Source: Nibricoccus sp.
GTDB lineage: Bacteria > Verrucomicrobiota > Verrucomicrobiia > Opitutales > Opitutaceae
Assembly: GCA_047602425.1 (NCBI GenBank)
Contig: JASGHG010000001.1
Coordinates: 4,608,001 to 4,672,000 of the forward strand
Length of the DNA stretch: 64,000 nt
Direction of reading: 5' to 3'
The position numbers were made by a program, and so were the translations under genes. This document shows, piece after piece, positions 49,105 through 58,644 of the stretch. Position 1 is the stretch's first letter. Each line of letters starts with the position of its first letter. Under the pieces are notes generated by a model. The model was given only the letters and a program-made list of their open reading frames with translations. It did no database searches and was not told the DNA's origin.

Positions 49105-50424
49105 ATGAGGTCGGCTTTCCGCATCGGCTTGGCTGCTGGATTGCTGGTCACCAGTTCGATTTGCCGCGCCGCGGAAAATCCCGCGTCCGCTCCGTCGGAA
49201 CTTGGGCGCAAAGCCGAGCGCGAACTGCGCGAAAACATTCTGCCTTTTTGGTTGAAGTACGCGCCCGATCCCGAAAACGGCGCCTTCCACGGACAACTGA
49301 CCGCCGACCTCAAACCCGTCGAAGCGGCGCCGCGAGGATCGCTGCTGACCTGCCGGATACTCTGGGCGTTTTCTGCCGTTTATCGCCGTTACCGCGAGCC
49401 GGCGCTGCTCGAGATGGCGAAACGCGCGTATCAGGATTTGCTCACGCGATTCTGGGATGAACAGCATGGCGGAATTTATTGGACCATTTCCAAGGAAGGA
49501 AAACCACTTGATACCAGTAAACAAACCTACGGCCAGGTTTTTGGCATTTATGCCTTGAGTGAATATTATCGTGCGACCTTCGACCCGCAGGCGTTGGAAC
49601 GCGCGACAATGCTTTATCGCTGCGTCGAGAAATATGCGCGCGACCCAGCGCACGGAGGGTATTTTGAGGTTTTCACGAGCGATTGGCGCAAAGAACAGCC
49701 GCGCAAAAGCCCGGTCAATGCCACTGCGGCGAAGTCACAAAACACGCACTTACACGTGATGGAGGCTTATACGAATTTGCTGCGCGTTTGGCCCGACGCT
49801 GATTTGCGCGCCGCCTTGCAAGCGTTGGTCGAGTGCATGCTGACACGCATCTACGACGCGCGAAGCCATCATCTGCGGTTGTTCCTGACCGAAAATTGGA
49901 CGCCTCGATCGGAAAACTGGTCCTACGGCCACGACATTGAGGCCGCGTGGTTGTTGACGGAAGCCGCGCAAGTTTTGGATGACACCGATTTGATCAAACG
50001 AACGAAAGCCGTGGCCGTGGAAATCGCCGAAGCGTTTTTGAAACAAGGGGTGGATCACGATGGAGGCGTTTTCAACGAAGGCGGTCCGAAGGGTGTGACC
50101 GATTCTAGAAAGGACTGGTGGCCCCAGGCGGAAGCGATGGTGGGATTGTTGAACGCGTATCAGATTTCTGGTGACAATCGCTTCCTTACTGCGGCGGCAA
50201 AAACGTGGACGTTCATTGATAAACGCATGATCGACCACGAGCGGGGCGAATGGTTTCAGTCCGTCGATGACCGCGGGCCGAACCGCCTGTTGCCTAAAAT
50301 CAGCCTATGGAAATGTCCTTATCACAACGGCCGAGCCTGTCTCGAAGTGCTTGCGCGCGTGGAGCGAATTGAAAGCACTCCACCTCTTCCACCGCTCGAT
50401 GCTAGGGAAAAAGCGAATCGATAG
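49105..50424 (+). CDS. AGE-family epimerase (cellobiose 2-epimerase-like) with a predicted signal peptide
   Basis: ILPFW, KSQNTHLHVMEAY, SYGHDIEAAWLL, WWPQAE and WKCPYHNGR motifs. Confidence 0.88.
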   Translation: MRSAFRIGLAAGLLVTSSICRAAENPASAPSELGRKAERELRENILPFWLKYAPDPENGAFHGQLTADLKPVEAAPRGSLLTCRILWAFSAVYRRYREPALLEMAKRAYQDLLTRFWDEQHGGIYWTISKEGKPLDTSKQTYGQVFGIYALSEYYRATFDPQALERATMLYRCVEKYARDPAHGGYFEVFTSDWRKEQPRKSPVNATAAKSQNTHLHVMEAYTNLLRVWPDADLRAALQALVECMLTRIYDARSHHLRLFLTENWTPRSENWSYGHDIEAAWLLTEAAQVLDDTDLIKRTKAVAVEIAEAFLKQGVDHDGGVFNEGGPKGVTDSRKDWWPQAEAMVGLLNAYQISGDNRFLTAAAKTWTFIDKRMIDHERGEWFQSVDDRGPNRLLPKISLWKCPYHNGRACLEVLARVERIESTPPLPPLDAREKANR

Positions 50425-51391
50425 TCGTAATTTTTTCGCCTTCGCGCTCACAGCGATAGAGCGGCAGGGGAGGCTTGCGATCGAGTTGCTTGTGCAACGC
50501 GGGATTGGCGCGTTTGAAAAATTTGAGGTCGTTCAGCCCGGTTTTGTCGCAAGCGAGTAGGTCGACATGCGCCTTGTGCACGCGCGGACGACCAATGACG
50601 CGGCTCGCGTCGGGCGGCAACGGAGCTGGATTGGCCCGCAGGTTTTTCTTTTCCAGCACGAGGTAACTGTAAGGCAGAGACCGGAGATCGACGCCAGCCT
50701 GCTGGCCAAACCGTACCCAGTTGGAATCGGCATAAATTCCGGCCGGAGCAGGCGCGAAGAAATGGCACCAATGCCGGGCGTTTTCGGCAGTGAAAAGCGG
50801 ACAATCGTTCGCATGCGTGCAGGGTGCGACGATTTCGAATTCGCGGCGAAAACGATCGCGAAGTGCCGCGAGTTGCCGGCTGACTTCGTGGGTGCCTGGT
50901 TCGACCCAAAGTACGGCGTCGGCGTTTTCAATCAGGGTGAGAAGTTCGTCACGCGCTTCCGCTGAAAGCTCATTGAGCACGTGGCTGAGCACGAGCAGGC
51001 CAATGGGTTCGCCGGGCGTCCATTGGGCGATTTTCAAATTAGGAAATTCGGCGCGCGCCTTCTCGCTGGCAAATTCGCTGGCGAGTGACGAATGATCCCA
51101 GACGCGAAGCCCGGAGAAGTGATTGGCACCGAAAGCCTGCAACGCCCTGCGTCCGGCGATGCCGCTGCCGCATCCCCAGTCGAGCAACAAGCCGCTTGGC
51201 GGTGTCCAATCGCGTCGGCGAAGTTCGGATAGAACGGCGTTCCATTTCCAACCGATCCGTTCGCCGTAGGTAAAATCATAATTGGCCAGGTCGGCGGCTG
51301 ATTGCCAGTACGCGCCTTTCGCGGCGGTGCCGCTGAGAAAACCATCGCGCAGCCGGTCGAGGACCTTCCAATCGAGTTCGGGCCAGTTCAC
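50402..51391 (-). CDS. Rsm22/METTL17-like class I methyltransferase
   Basis: DWGCGSG, SHVLNEL, VEPGT and IVAPCTH...CP...WCHF motifs. GTG start is coupled to the upstream TGA. Confidence 0.75.
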   Translation of the reverse strand: MNWPELDWKVLDRLRDGFLSGTAAKGAYWQSAADLANYDFTYGERIGWKWNAVLSELRRRDWTPPSGLLLDWGCGSGIAGRRALQAFGANHFSGLRVWDHSSLASEFASEKARAEFPNLKIAQWTPGEPIGLLVLSHVLNELSAEARDELLTLIENADAVLWVEPGTHEVSRQLAALRDRFRREFEIVAPCTHANDCPLFTAENARHWCHFFAPAPAGIYADSNWVRFGQQAGVDLRSLPYSYLVLEKKNLRANPAPLPPDASRVIGRPRVHKAHVDLLACDKTGLNDLKFFKRANPALHKQLDRKPPLPLYRCEREGEKITTIDSLFP

Positions 51392-51846
51392 TTGACGCGA
51401 ATCTTTTGGCCGACGTGCAATTTTGCCCAATTGACCCCGGGGTTGAGAGCTTGAAGATCGGCTACGCTGAGGCCGGCGTTTTTCGCGACCCTCGAGGCGG
51501 TGTCGCCAGGTTTGAGAATATATTCAGAAGGAGGCGCGGAGCTTTCGGTAGCCGTATTTTCGGACGCCGGGGCAGTGACTTTGGCCTCCTTCAACTTTAT
51601 GCGAAGTTCAGTGCCATCTTTTGTAAGCAAGATGGATTTCTCTGTCTCGTCGTAGCTCGCGAGGGTGTAGCCACCGAACTGTTCGCCAGGTTTCACCCAC
51701 TTCGTGGCGCCGGTCGAGGTTTCAACGAGAGCAACTTTGGTTTCGGCATTTTCGGTGGAAACCCCGACAAACTCTACGGCGGCACGAAGCCCAGTCGAAG
51801 CGACGACGGCCAATGCAATCCAGATAGCGAGATGTTTTAGATTCAT
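51388..51846 (-). CDS. Secreted LysM-domain protein
   Basis: Signal peptide; C-terminal YILKPGDT...LQALNPGV...LHVGQKIRV LysM domain. Confidence 0.82.
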   Translation of the reverse strand: MNLKHLAIWIALAVVASTGLRAAVEFVGVSTENAETKVALVETSTGATKWVKPGEQFGGYTLASYDETEKSILLTKDGTELRIKLKEAKVTAPASENTATESSAPPSEYILKPGDTASRVAKNAGLSVADLQALNPGVNWAKLHVGQKIRVK

Positions 51847-51848
51847 TT

Positions 51849-53018
51849 TCAGAGGGAAAAATTCAGACGGTGTGCGAGTTTTTGCGAGCGGATGCCATAG
51901 AAGCGGGCGAAATTGCGGAGCTTTTGCGCCGTAGTTTCGCTCCCGGCGGCGTGGTCCTTCACCGCGGCAATCATGAGATTTTTCGCGGTGTGTTCGGTCG
52001 AAATGAACTCGAATACTTTCGTGCGATATCCCGCCCATTCGAGCAACTGGGCGCGCAAGGCGTCGGTCACGAATTCTGCCTGGCGTTCCTGAAAGATCCC
52101 ATGCTTGAGCGCTTCGGCGAGGACAGAAGGAGCGGTGAGTTGGGGCCGAAGTTCCTTCTGGCAGCAGGGCGATACGACGATGAGCGAAGCCTCGGCGGCG
52201 ATGCCTTTGGCAATGGCGTCGTCTGTCGCGGTGTCGCAGGCATGAAGAGCGACGAGAACATCGGTCCCGCTGAGTTGGCTCTCTGCGATGGTTCCCACCA
52301 CGAAGTTGAGATTGGAAAATTTTTCTTCGCGAGCGGTGCGATTGCAGAAGTCGACCAACTCCGGGCGTACTTCAATGCCGAGAACTTCGGCGCGTTGGGC
52401 GAAGAAGGCAGCGGTGGCAAAAGTGAGATAACCTTTGCCGCAACCCATGTCGACGATGCGAAAGGGACGGTCCGCCGGCAGCGCGGCCTCGTTGGTGAGA
52501 TGGCTGAGGAGTTCGACGAATTTATTGATCTGACGAAATTTCGCCGCCATGCCCTCGCGCGGCTGGGCGTGTTGGTTAGTTATGCCCAGGGCGTACAACC
52601 AGGGGGCATCGACAGGAACCAAGTGTTGACGCTCCCGATCGTGAGACGCCGGTGGAACGGCGGGGGCGCTGGCAATGGTTTTGATCGAGAGGCGGGCTTT
52701 GCCGTCGGGAGCGATTTCAAGTTGTGCGGTCTGCGCAGGCGTAAAGAGGTGAGCGTCGAGAAAATCGATTCCGAGAAGATCGGTGATGAGAGCCACGGCG
52801 TCGGTGCAGGGTAGATTTTTGGTAATATCACGCGTGGCGTGGCGGTAGACAAAAGAGAGCTGCGGACCGGCCTTCAGTGTGACGGGACGAATGAAGATGT
52901 TCTTTAGCGAGGCGTCGGCACCGCGATTTTTCCCGAGGGTGAGCTTAACCAATGTCCCGTCTTTAACGGAGGACTGGAGAAGGGCGAGGAAGCGGTCGAT
53001 GGCGGTGGGTTGGGGCAT
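51849..53018 (-). CDS. SAM-dependent methyltransferase
   Basis: KFRQINKFVE, VDMGCGKGYL, ALHACDTATD, PCC and EHTAKN motifs. Confidence 0.85.
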   Translation of the reverse strand: MPQPTAIDRFLALLQSSVKDGTLVKLTLGKNRGADASLKNIFIRPVTLKAGPQLSFVYRHATRDITKNLPCTDAVALITDLLGIDFLDAHLFTPAQTAQLEIAPDGKARLSIKTIASAPAVPPASHDRERQHLVPVDAPWLYALGITNQHAQPREGMAAKFRQINKFVELLSHLTNEAALPADRPFRIVDMGCGKGYLTFATAAFFAQRAEVLGIEVRPELVDFCNRTAREEKFSNLNFVVGTIAESQLSGTDVLVALHACDTATDDAIAKGIAAEASLIVVSPCCQKELRPQLTAPSVLAEALKHGIFQERQAEFVTDALRAQLLEWAGYRTKVFEFISTEHTAKNLMIAAVKDHAAGSETTAQKLRNFARFYGIRSQKLAHRLNFSL

Positions 53019-53076
53019 GTGAGGCGGATGAGAAGCCGAAGCCAGAGGCCGGCAACGAGTGCGGAAAGGAGTCCGT

Positions 53077-53775
53077 CTAGCGGAAAAAGTTATACTTCAC
53101 GATAGCATAGATGGCGCGGAAGCCGTCGCGCCAGCCGATCTTTTTTCCCTCGGCGTAGGTACGGCCTGAATACGAGACACCGACCTCGAAAATGCGATGA
53201 TTGCCGCGTGCGACTTTGGCGGTAATCTCAGGTTCGAAACCGAAACGATTTTCCTCGATTTCGATGCCCTGGATGATCTCGCGGCGGAACATCTTGTAGC
53301 AACATTCCATGTCCGTGAGATTGAGGTTGGTGGCCATATTCGAGGCGAGCGTAAGGAATTTGTTGCCCACGCTGTGCCAGAAATAGAGGACGCGGTGCGG
53401 CCGTCCGCCCATGAAACGCGAGCCGAAGACAACGTCGGCTTTACCGTTGGCGATGAATTCGATCAGCGCCGGAAATTCGTGTGGATCGTATTCGAGATCG
53501 GCGTCCTGCACAATGACGAGGTCGTAAGTCGCATGTTTGAAGCCGGTGCGTAGCGCGGCGCCTTTGCCCTGGTTTTTCTCATGATAGATAATTTTGCTGA
53601 CCAGCGGAGCGATCTCGTTTTTCAGAATGTCGCGCGTGCCATCGGTCGAGCAGTCATCGACAATGATAATTTCGAGCGGCGACACACCGCAGTCGCGCAC
53701 GGTATCGACGATACGGCGCACGGTATTGCGCTCGTTATAGCACGGGATGACGACGGAAAGGGAAGGGGAAGGCAT
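53077..53775 (-). CDS. GT2 glycosyltransferase (DPM synthase-like)
   Basis: [30 protein letters not shown] and GSRF motifs. Confidence 0.92.
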   Translation of the reverse strand: MPSPSLSVVIPCYNERNTVRRIVDTVRDCGVSPLEIIIVDDCSTDGTRDILKNEIAPLVSKIIYHEKNQGKGAALRTGFKHATYDLVIVQDADLEYDPHEFPALIEFIANGKADVVFGSRFMGGRPHRVLYFWHSVGNKFLTLASNMATNLNLTDMECCYKMFRREIIQGIEIEENRFGFEPEITAKVARGNHRIFEVGVSYSGRTYAEGKKIGWRDGFRAIYAIVKYNFFR

Positions 53776-53965
53776 ACGGGCCAGAATGAAGTCCGACTAT
53801 GCGTGAATCTGTCTTTCAAAGGCAAGGCTTAGCAACTTCCGCGCGGCTCATATTCCAGACGCAGGAACGGCGCCCATGCTAGTGATTACGAGTAGTTCGG
53901 CGCCGCGTCTTGAATCACCTTCGATGAGGCGGGACCACTGCGTCCGGTTTGGCTTTGCCACAGAA

Positions 53966-53991
53966 AGGGCGCAGCAAGACTGCGCCCCTAC
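53966..53991 (-). repeat. Single GTAG-headed REP-like palindrome
   Basis: Minus strand GTAGGGGCGCAG-tcttg-CTGCGCCCT. Confidence 0.6.
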
Positions 53992-54224
53992 GAAGACGGC
54001 TCGGTTCATAGTACCGATTTACGGCTATAGTTTTATTGTATGTGCTCTAAACCACAGCGCAGTGCGCGCCGCCGAACAGGCTCGAAACACAGCTTCGTTT
54101 CCATGCAATTGTCTCACGCATGCATTAACTTACAATTGTTGCAAATCTGTTACTTTAAAAGCTTCGCTGGATTTTTGGGAGGTGCGTACGGTGGAGGAAT
54201 CGAAGGCTTCAAATTCCAGCACCC

Positions 54225-54521
54225 ATGAACACCTCTTTCGCCTGCAAAACATCTTTAATCCTTACTTCGCTTTTCAATCCGGGAAAAATTGAGCGGGATA
54301 AACACCTCCTGCGTCAACTCGCCGTTGAGCTTGAGGTCGTTCAGAACCGGCTCGGCACGTCCAATGAACGGGCCGACGATTGCGAACTAGCGCGTGGCCT
54401 CGGACATGAGATTCGCAACAAATTGCTGATCGTGAGCCTGTGGGAATCCCTTGGTTTCACCGAAATGCCTCCGGAAATCCGCCGCCAAATCGCGCCCATT
54501 GCCCGCGCCGAGGTAAATTGA
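54225..54521 (+). CDS. Small hypothetical protein with a HisKA H-box-like motif
   Basis: 98-aa ORF containing LARGLGHEIRNKL after a helical segment. Confidence 0.5.
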   Translation: MNTSFACKTSLILTSLFNPGKIERDKHLLRQLAVELEVVQNRLGTSNERADDCELARGLGHEIRNKLLIVSLWESLGFTEMPPEIRRQIAPIARAEVN

Positions 54522-54593
54522 ACCTCCTGGCGCCTGCCAACCGCCTCAAGGATCAGGGATCCGCCCCATGGTGAAAAATCATCCGCAGACTAG

Positions 54594-55904
54594 CAGGCTG
54601 CTGAAAAACTCCGTGAAACAAACATTAGCGATAGGCGTCAGTTAATGGCATGAGAGGAAAACGTAAGACCCAGGGGGATTTCGTGAGTTTGATCGATGTG
54701 GAGCAGCTGATTGCGGGGGACCATCCGATCCGTGCGATCAAGGGCATGTGCGACGAAGTGCTGGCGGCGATGAGCGGGCACTTTGACGAGATCTATGCCG
54801 AAGGAGGAGCGCCCTCGGTGCCGCCGGAGATGCTGCTCAAAGGCAAAGTGCTGCAAGCGCTCTACACCGTACGCTCGGACCGCCAACTGTGCGCCAGGCT
54901 CCAGACCGACCTGTTGTTCCGCTGGTTTGTGGATCTGCCGCTGGACGAAACGGTCTTCGACGCCTCGGTCTACAGCAAAAACCAGGAACGGCTCCTGCAA
55001 CACGAAGTGGCCGATCTGTTCTTTAGCGAAGTGGTGGCCCTGGCCCGCCGGCACGGCTGGGTCAGCGACGATCACTTCAGTGTGGACGGCACGCTAATCG
55101 AATCGTGGGCCTCGCTCAAAAGTTTCAAACGCAAAGACCAGCCCCCAGGCCCCGGCGGCGGGAACAACTGGACCGATTACAAAGGCGAAAAACGCTCCAA
55201 CGACACGCACGCTTCCACTACCGACCCCGAGGCGAAACTGGTGCGCAAAGGCCCTGGAAAAGAAGCGCGCCTAAGCTTCGCCGGCCACGCCACAATGGAG
55301 AACCGCCACGGCCTGTGCGTACTGTTCGAAGTGCATCCGGCCGTCGGCGCCTCCGAATCGAGTGTGGCCGTCGAGCAAATGATCGAACTGCAAAACCGAG
55401 GCTTTGCACCAAAAACGGTGGGAGCCGACAAAGGCTACCACGACCAGAACTTCATCGAAGGCCTGCGTGCTCAAAAGATAAAGCCGCACCCCGCGCTGCG
55501 CAAAGACCGCGACGCTCAGGGCGTGATCTGCAAACTCGCTTACGCCCTCAGTCAGAAATGCCGCAAACGCATCGAGGAAATCTTCGGCTGGGCCAAAACC
55601 ACTGGCTGCTTCCGGAAAAGCCGGTACCGCGGCGTCGACCGAACCCACGCCCAAGGCCAATACGTGGTGGCCGCCTGCAACCTCGTGCGCATGGCCAAAC
55701 TGATGCTCACCGCGCCGCCAAAACTCGCTGGGGCGTGACGCCCCCCGCGGCCGCAGTGTGCCCGTACACTGCGAACCAGCCGCCAAACGCAAGCGGGCCG
55801 CGCCCAAAACGGCGCGAAAAACCCAGTGCACCGCCTGCGTTTATATCAAAAACGCTCAAAATCAGCCTTCCTCCTCTCAAAACACCCCGTTCTTCAGCAG
55901 CCTG
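54594..55904 (+). mobile_element. IS5-family insertion sequence, 1311 bp
   Basis: Terminal IRs CAGGCTGCTGAAAAAC / GTTCTTCAGCAGCCTG (15 of 16 match), flanked by a CTAG direct repeat at 54590-54593 and 55905-55908. Confidence 0.93.
54650..55738 (+). CDS. IS5-family DDE transposase
   Basis: HPIRAI, SVDGT, TTDPEA, GADKGY and RKRIEEIFGWAK motifs; intact frame. Confidence 0.93.
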   Translation: MRGKRKTQGDFVSLIDVEQLIAGDHPIRAIKGMCDEVLAAMSGHFDEIYAEGGAPSVPPEMLLKGKVLQALYTVRSDRQLCARLQTDLLFRWFVDLPLDETVFDASVYSKNQERLLQHEVADLFFSEVVALARRHGWVSDDHFSVDGTLIESWASLKSFKRKDQPPGPGGGNNWTDYKGEKRSNDTHASTTDPEAKLVRKGPGKEARLSFAGHATMENRHGLCVLFEVHPAVGASESSVAVEQMIELQNRGFAPKTVGADKGYHDQNFIEGLRAQKIKPHPALRKDRDAQGVICKLAYALSQKCRKRIEEIFGWAKTTGCFRKSRYRGVDRTHAQGQYVVAACNLVRMAKLMLTAPPKLAGA

Positions 55905-55916
55905 CTAGATTGCCGC

Positions 55917-56141
55917 ATGAAAACCACCAACGAGACTTCTTCCGATCCCCAAGTTCACTGTGAAAACATAGATCGTCAGCTGACGGAGCTATTCGACCAC
56001 TTACGCAAAGACATCGAGCGGGTCGACGAACCACAATTCAGGGCGTTGTGCGAAACCAGCGCGGAAGTCATCGGAGCACTTCGCACGAGCTTCCAACATT
56101 ACCGCCAACATTCCGAACCAGCGTGGCAGGCGCGCTCCTAA
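55917..56141 (+). CDS. Small helical hypothetical protein (74 aa)
   Basis: ATG 8 nt after the IS target duplication; protein-like amphipathic sequence HLRKDIERVDEPQFRALCETSAEVIGAL...SEPAW. Confidence 0.7.
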   Translation: MKTTNETSSDPQVHCENIDRQLTELFDHLRKDIERVDEPQFRALCETSAEVIGALRTSFQHYRQHSEPAWQARS

Positions 56142-56402
56142 TTGAGCTTCATGCGCGTTGTTTCCCTCAGGCTCTTGGATCGATTCGAGTAAATTGCCGC
56201 GTCCTCATCGAAAAACCGTCGGCTGAGGCAGAGCCCCGAGGAGGAAAATCCCATTTTGCCCCATCGCAATTTGGTGGAAACGGTCGCTAACCGGATAATT
56301 TTGTCCCTAGGCACACAAAATTTGTGAAACCTGCTTCGCATGGGTTGCGTCTAGTGCCAGTCTCGTTTCGTTGTTTCGAACCGGGAGGAAATTCCAGCAA
56401 CA

Positions 56403-56846
56403 ATGATTTACCGAATTCTATTGGTTGAAGATGACGAGAGTGTCGCACCGCTGATGCTCGAAGTTTTGGTTAGGTGGGGCTACGAGGCCACCGTCGCGGA
56501 CGGGCTGTCTGCGGTGAAACGGCTCACGCATTTCGATTTTTCCGCCGTAATCACCGACTTTCACCTCGTGGACGGCGACGCGTGTGACGTGGTCGAGTTC
56601 ATGCGTAGCAAAATACCCGGCCTTCCCGCCATCGTCATCTCGGGGAACGGCAAACAGGCCGCCGACGATTGCGAGAATCGGCGGATCTCGGAAATTATCT
56701 TTGTGAACAAACCATTTCGTCCGCAACAACTGCTCGACGCGGTTGATGCCGCGCTGAAAAAGAAATCGGAGCCGTCGACGCCTTCGCCTGCCTCCAATAC
56801 CGATTCAGCCAATTCCTTTCCGTCAAAGATTCATCAGGGCAAATAA
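56403..56846 (+). CDS. Single-domain response regulator
   Basis: ILLVEDD, ITDFHL, ISG and KPF motifs; no output domain. Confidence 0.85.
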   Translation: MIYRILLVEDDESVAPLMLEVLVRWGYEATVADGLSAVKRLTHFDFSAVITDFHLVDGDACDVVEFMRSKIPGLPAIVISGNGKQAADDCENRRISEIIFVNKPFRPQQLLDAVDAALKKKSEPSTPSPASNTDSANSFPSKIHQGK

Positions 56847-56854
56847 TACGGCGC

Positions 56855-57331
56855 TCATTGTTCCGGATATTTTGCGAACTGAGGCAGTGCGGGATTGATC
56901 AAGTCCCACGGTTGCGCATCGGACAGCCAAAATTCGACCGCCGGCTGGAAGCCACTTGGATCGTCAAGACTGCCGGCGGTGACGCCGATACCAGGCGCGC
57001 CCGGCCCTTCGCCACCGGTGATGCGCGAGCCGCACTCGGGACAAAAGCCGCGCTGGTGACTGTGCGGCCCCATCATCTCGCTATCGGTTTTGTAGTATTT
57101 CAATTTTCCCTGCGTGAGTCTGAAAGTCGACGCTGGGACATACACGACCGGGGCGTGGCCGCCGCCGGTGACATGCTGACAATCGCGACAATGGCATTTG
57201 AACATTTCGATATCGGCAGGCGCCGCGGTGCATTCATAGCGAATCGCTCCGCAAACGCATCCGCCGGTGAAGGGAGTTTTGATCACAGGAAATGAAGGAG
57301 GAGTTGTGAACGCAGCATTTTGCGGCGTCAT
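56855..57331 (-). CDS. GFA (glutathione-dependent formaldehyde-activating) family protein
   Basis: GGCVCG, CHCRDC and FCPECGS zinc motifs; start uncertain. Confidence 0.88.
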   Translation of the reverse strand: MTPQNAAFTTPPSFPVIKTPFTGGCVCGAIRYECTAAPADIEMFKCHCRDCQHVTGGGHAPVVYVPASTFRLTQGKLKYYKTDSEMMGPHSHQRGFCPECGSRITGGEGPGAPGIGVTAGSLDDPSGFQPAVEFWLSDAQPWDLINPALPQFAKYPEQ

Positions 57332-57394
57332 CCAACTTACTCTACGAATAACATGGCCGTCACCGGACAATAAAACGAAGACAGCCGCGTGCGA

Positions 57395-57422
57395 TTTACA
57401 GGAGGGAACCGAGTGAACAGAG
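57395..57422 (+). repeat. Solo arm of the 9-nt-period repeat
   Basis: TTTACAGGAGGGAACCGAGTGAACAGAG, matching the arms at 3893 and 33735. Confidence 0.65.
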
Positions 57423-57611
57423 ATTGGAGAGTAGAAATGGGAACCAATGATTGAAAAAAAGCACAGCTTGCGACTGTGCCCTTGAAAAATCATTGAAGGC
57501 GGAGAACGCATACTCCGTCAGCAAGGCGCAAAACCAACTTCAACCGACTACAGGATGCAAAGATCGAGCTCTTACCCATGCACCGTGAAAATATAAACGT
57601 GCGGCCCCGGT

Positions 57612-58127
57612 TTAAGTCTTGGGTTGACGCAATGGGTGATTATCCGGGAGATGCTTGGCGAGGAGTGCTTGGAATTCGGCTTCGCCTTTTTGGCGGGTGA
57701 CACGTTTTTGATAGTTGGCGCGTGTTTGATCGTTGAGGTGTCGCGGACCAGCGATGTCGGAATTTTGCAGTGAATCAGCCCACGCGCGAAGTTGACGCGA
57801 GCAGGACTCGGCGAGGGAAATGAGATTTGAAATCTCTGATTTGAAATTTGAGATCCAATCCCGGCGTTTAAGCAAGGTGAGCATCGAGCGAACTTCGCCG
57901 GCCGAACCGCGTGCGATGTAGATGAATGCGAGCAGTTCGTTGGTGGTGCCGCGCTCGAAGCCTTCGGCGACATTGTTTGAAACCGATAGGGTTGCACGTT
58001 CGAGCTGGTCACGGAAGGAACGCGAAAGCTGGGGCGGAGCGACTGTGAAGAAATCGTCTACACGATCATACAGATCAGCCGCTGATTGCCAGACAGGAAG
58101 CTCCTCGAAACGTTGATAGGTCGCCAT
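57612..58127 (-). CDS. Four-helix-bundle protein (23S rRNA intervening-sequence protein / Avd-like family)
   Basis: RFEELPVWQ, DQLERATLSVSNNVAEGFER and IARGSAGEVRSML motifs. Confidence 0.88.
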   Translation of the reverse strand: MATYQRFEELPVWQSAADLYDRVDDFFTVAPPQLSRSFRDQLERATLSVSNNVAEGFERGTTNELLAFIYIARGSAGEVRSMLTLLKRRDWISNFKSEISNLISLAESCSRQLRAWADSLQNSDIAGPRHLNDQTRANYQKRVTRQKGEAEFQALLAKHLPDNHPLRQPKT

Positions 58128-58644
58128 GCGTTGCGTTTTAGGGAGAAGCAGCGGTTTGGCAATCCTTCAGTCCTTCGCGGGCCGAGAATGAGACTGCTGA
58201 AGCGGAGGTTTATTCTCCGATGAAAAAAGGGGTGGTTCGGTATTGGATAGCCTCAAGAGTCAATGTGCTTCGGATTGAACCAGCCAGCACGAATTCATAA
58301 ATTAGGTTTACTGAGTCGAACCGCCAGACTTTTTGATTCCGAATAAAAGTAGTATCAACGCCACTGTTATGGGCCACACGAGGAGCCATGAAACGAAATT
58401 GATGATACCTTGGACAATTGATACCCAAAGCTGGGAGAAGCCCCAATAGGTACTTTCCGATGAACAGGTCGAACAAGCTATCAAGTATTGGTATGAAGGC
58501 GGATATCAGTAGCCAATCGCCTCAAAAATAGCGATGCATGCGGTCGGCGACTAATCACTCCATTTGCCGAAATTCCACGAATGGCTACTTATACGATGTT
58601 ATCTGTATCGATCAGCCTTCATCCGTGCTTAAATTTCATCCGCC

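Noticed and set aside
53032..53051. GAAGCC GAAGCCA GAGGCCG short heptamer-like run
   Set aside because: Only about three units, too short to separate from chance.
57612..58127. Diversity-generating retroelement or rRNA intervening sequence
   Set aside because: No reverse transcriptase, no template/variable repeat pair and no rRNA sequence around the gene.
58210..58476. 88-aa minus-strand ORF
   Set aside because: TTG start, no recognisable motifs; not supported as a gene.
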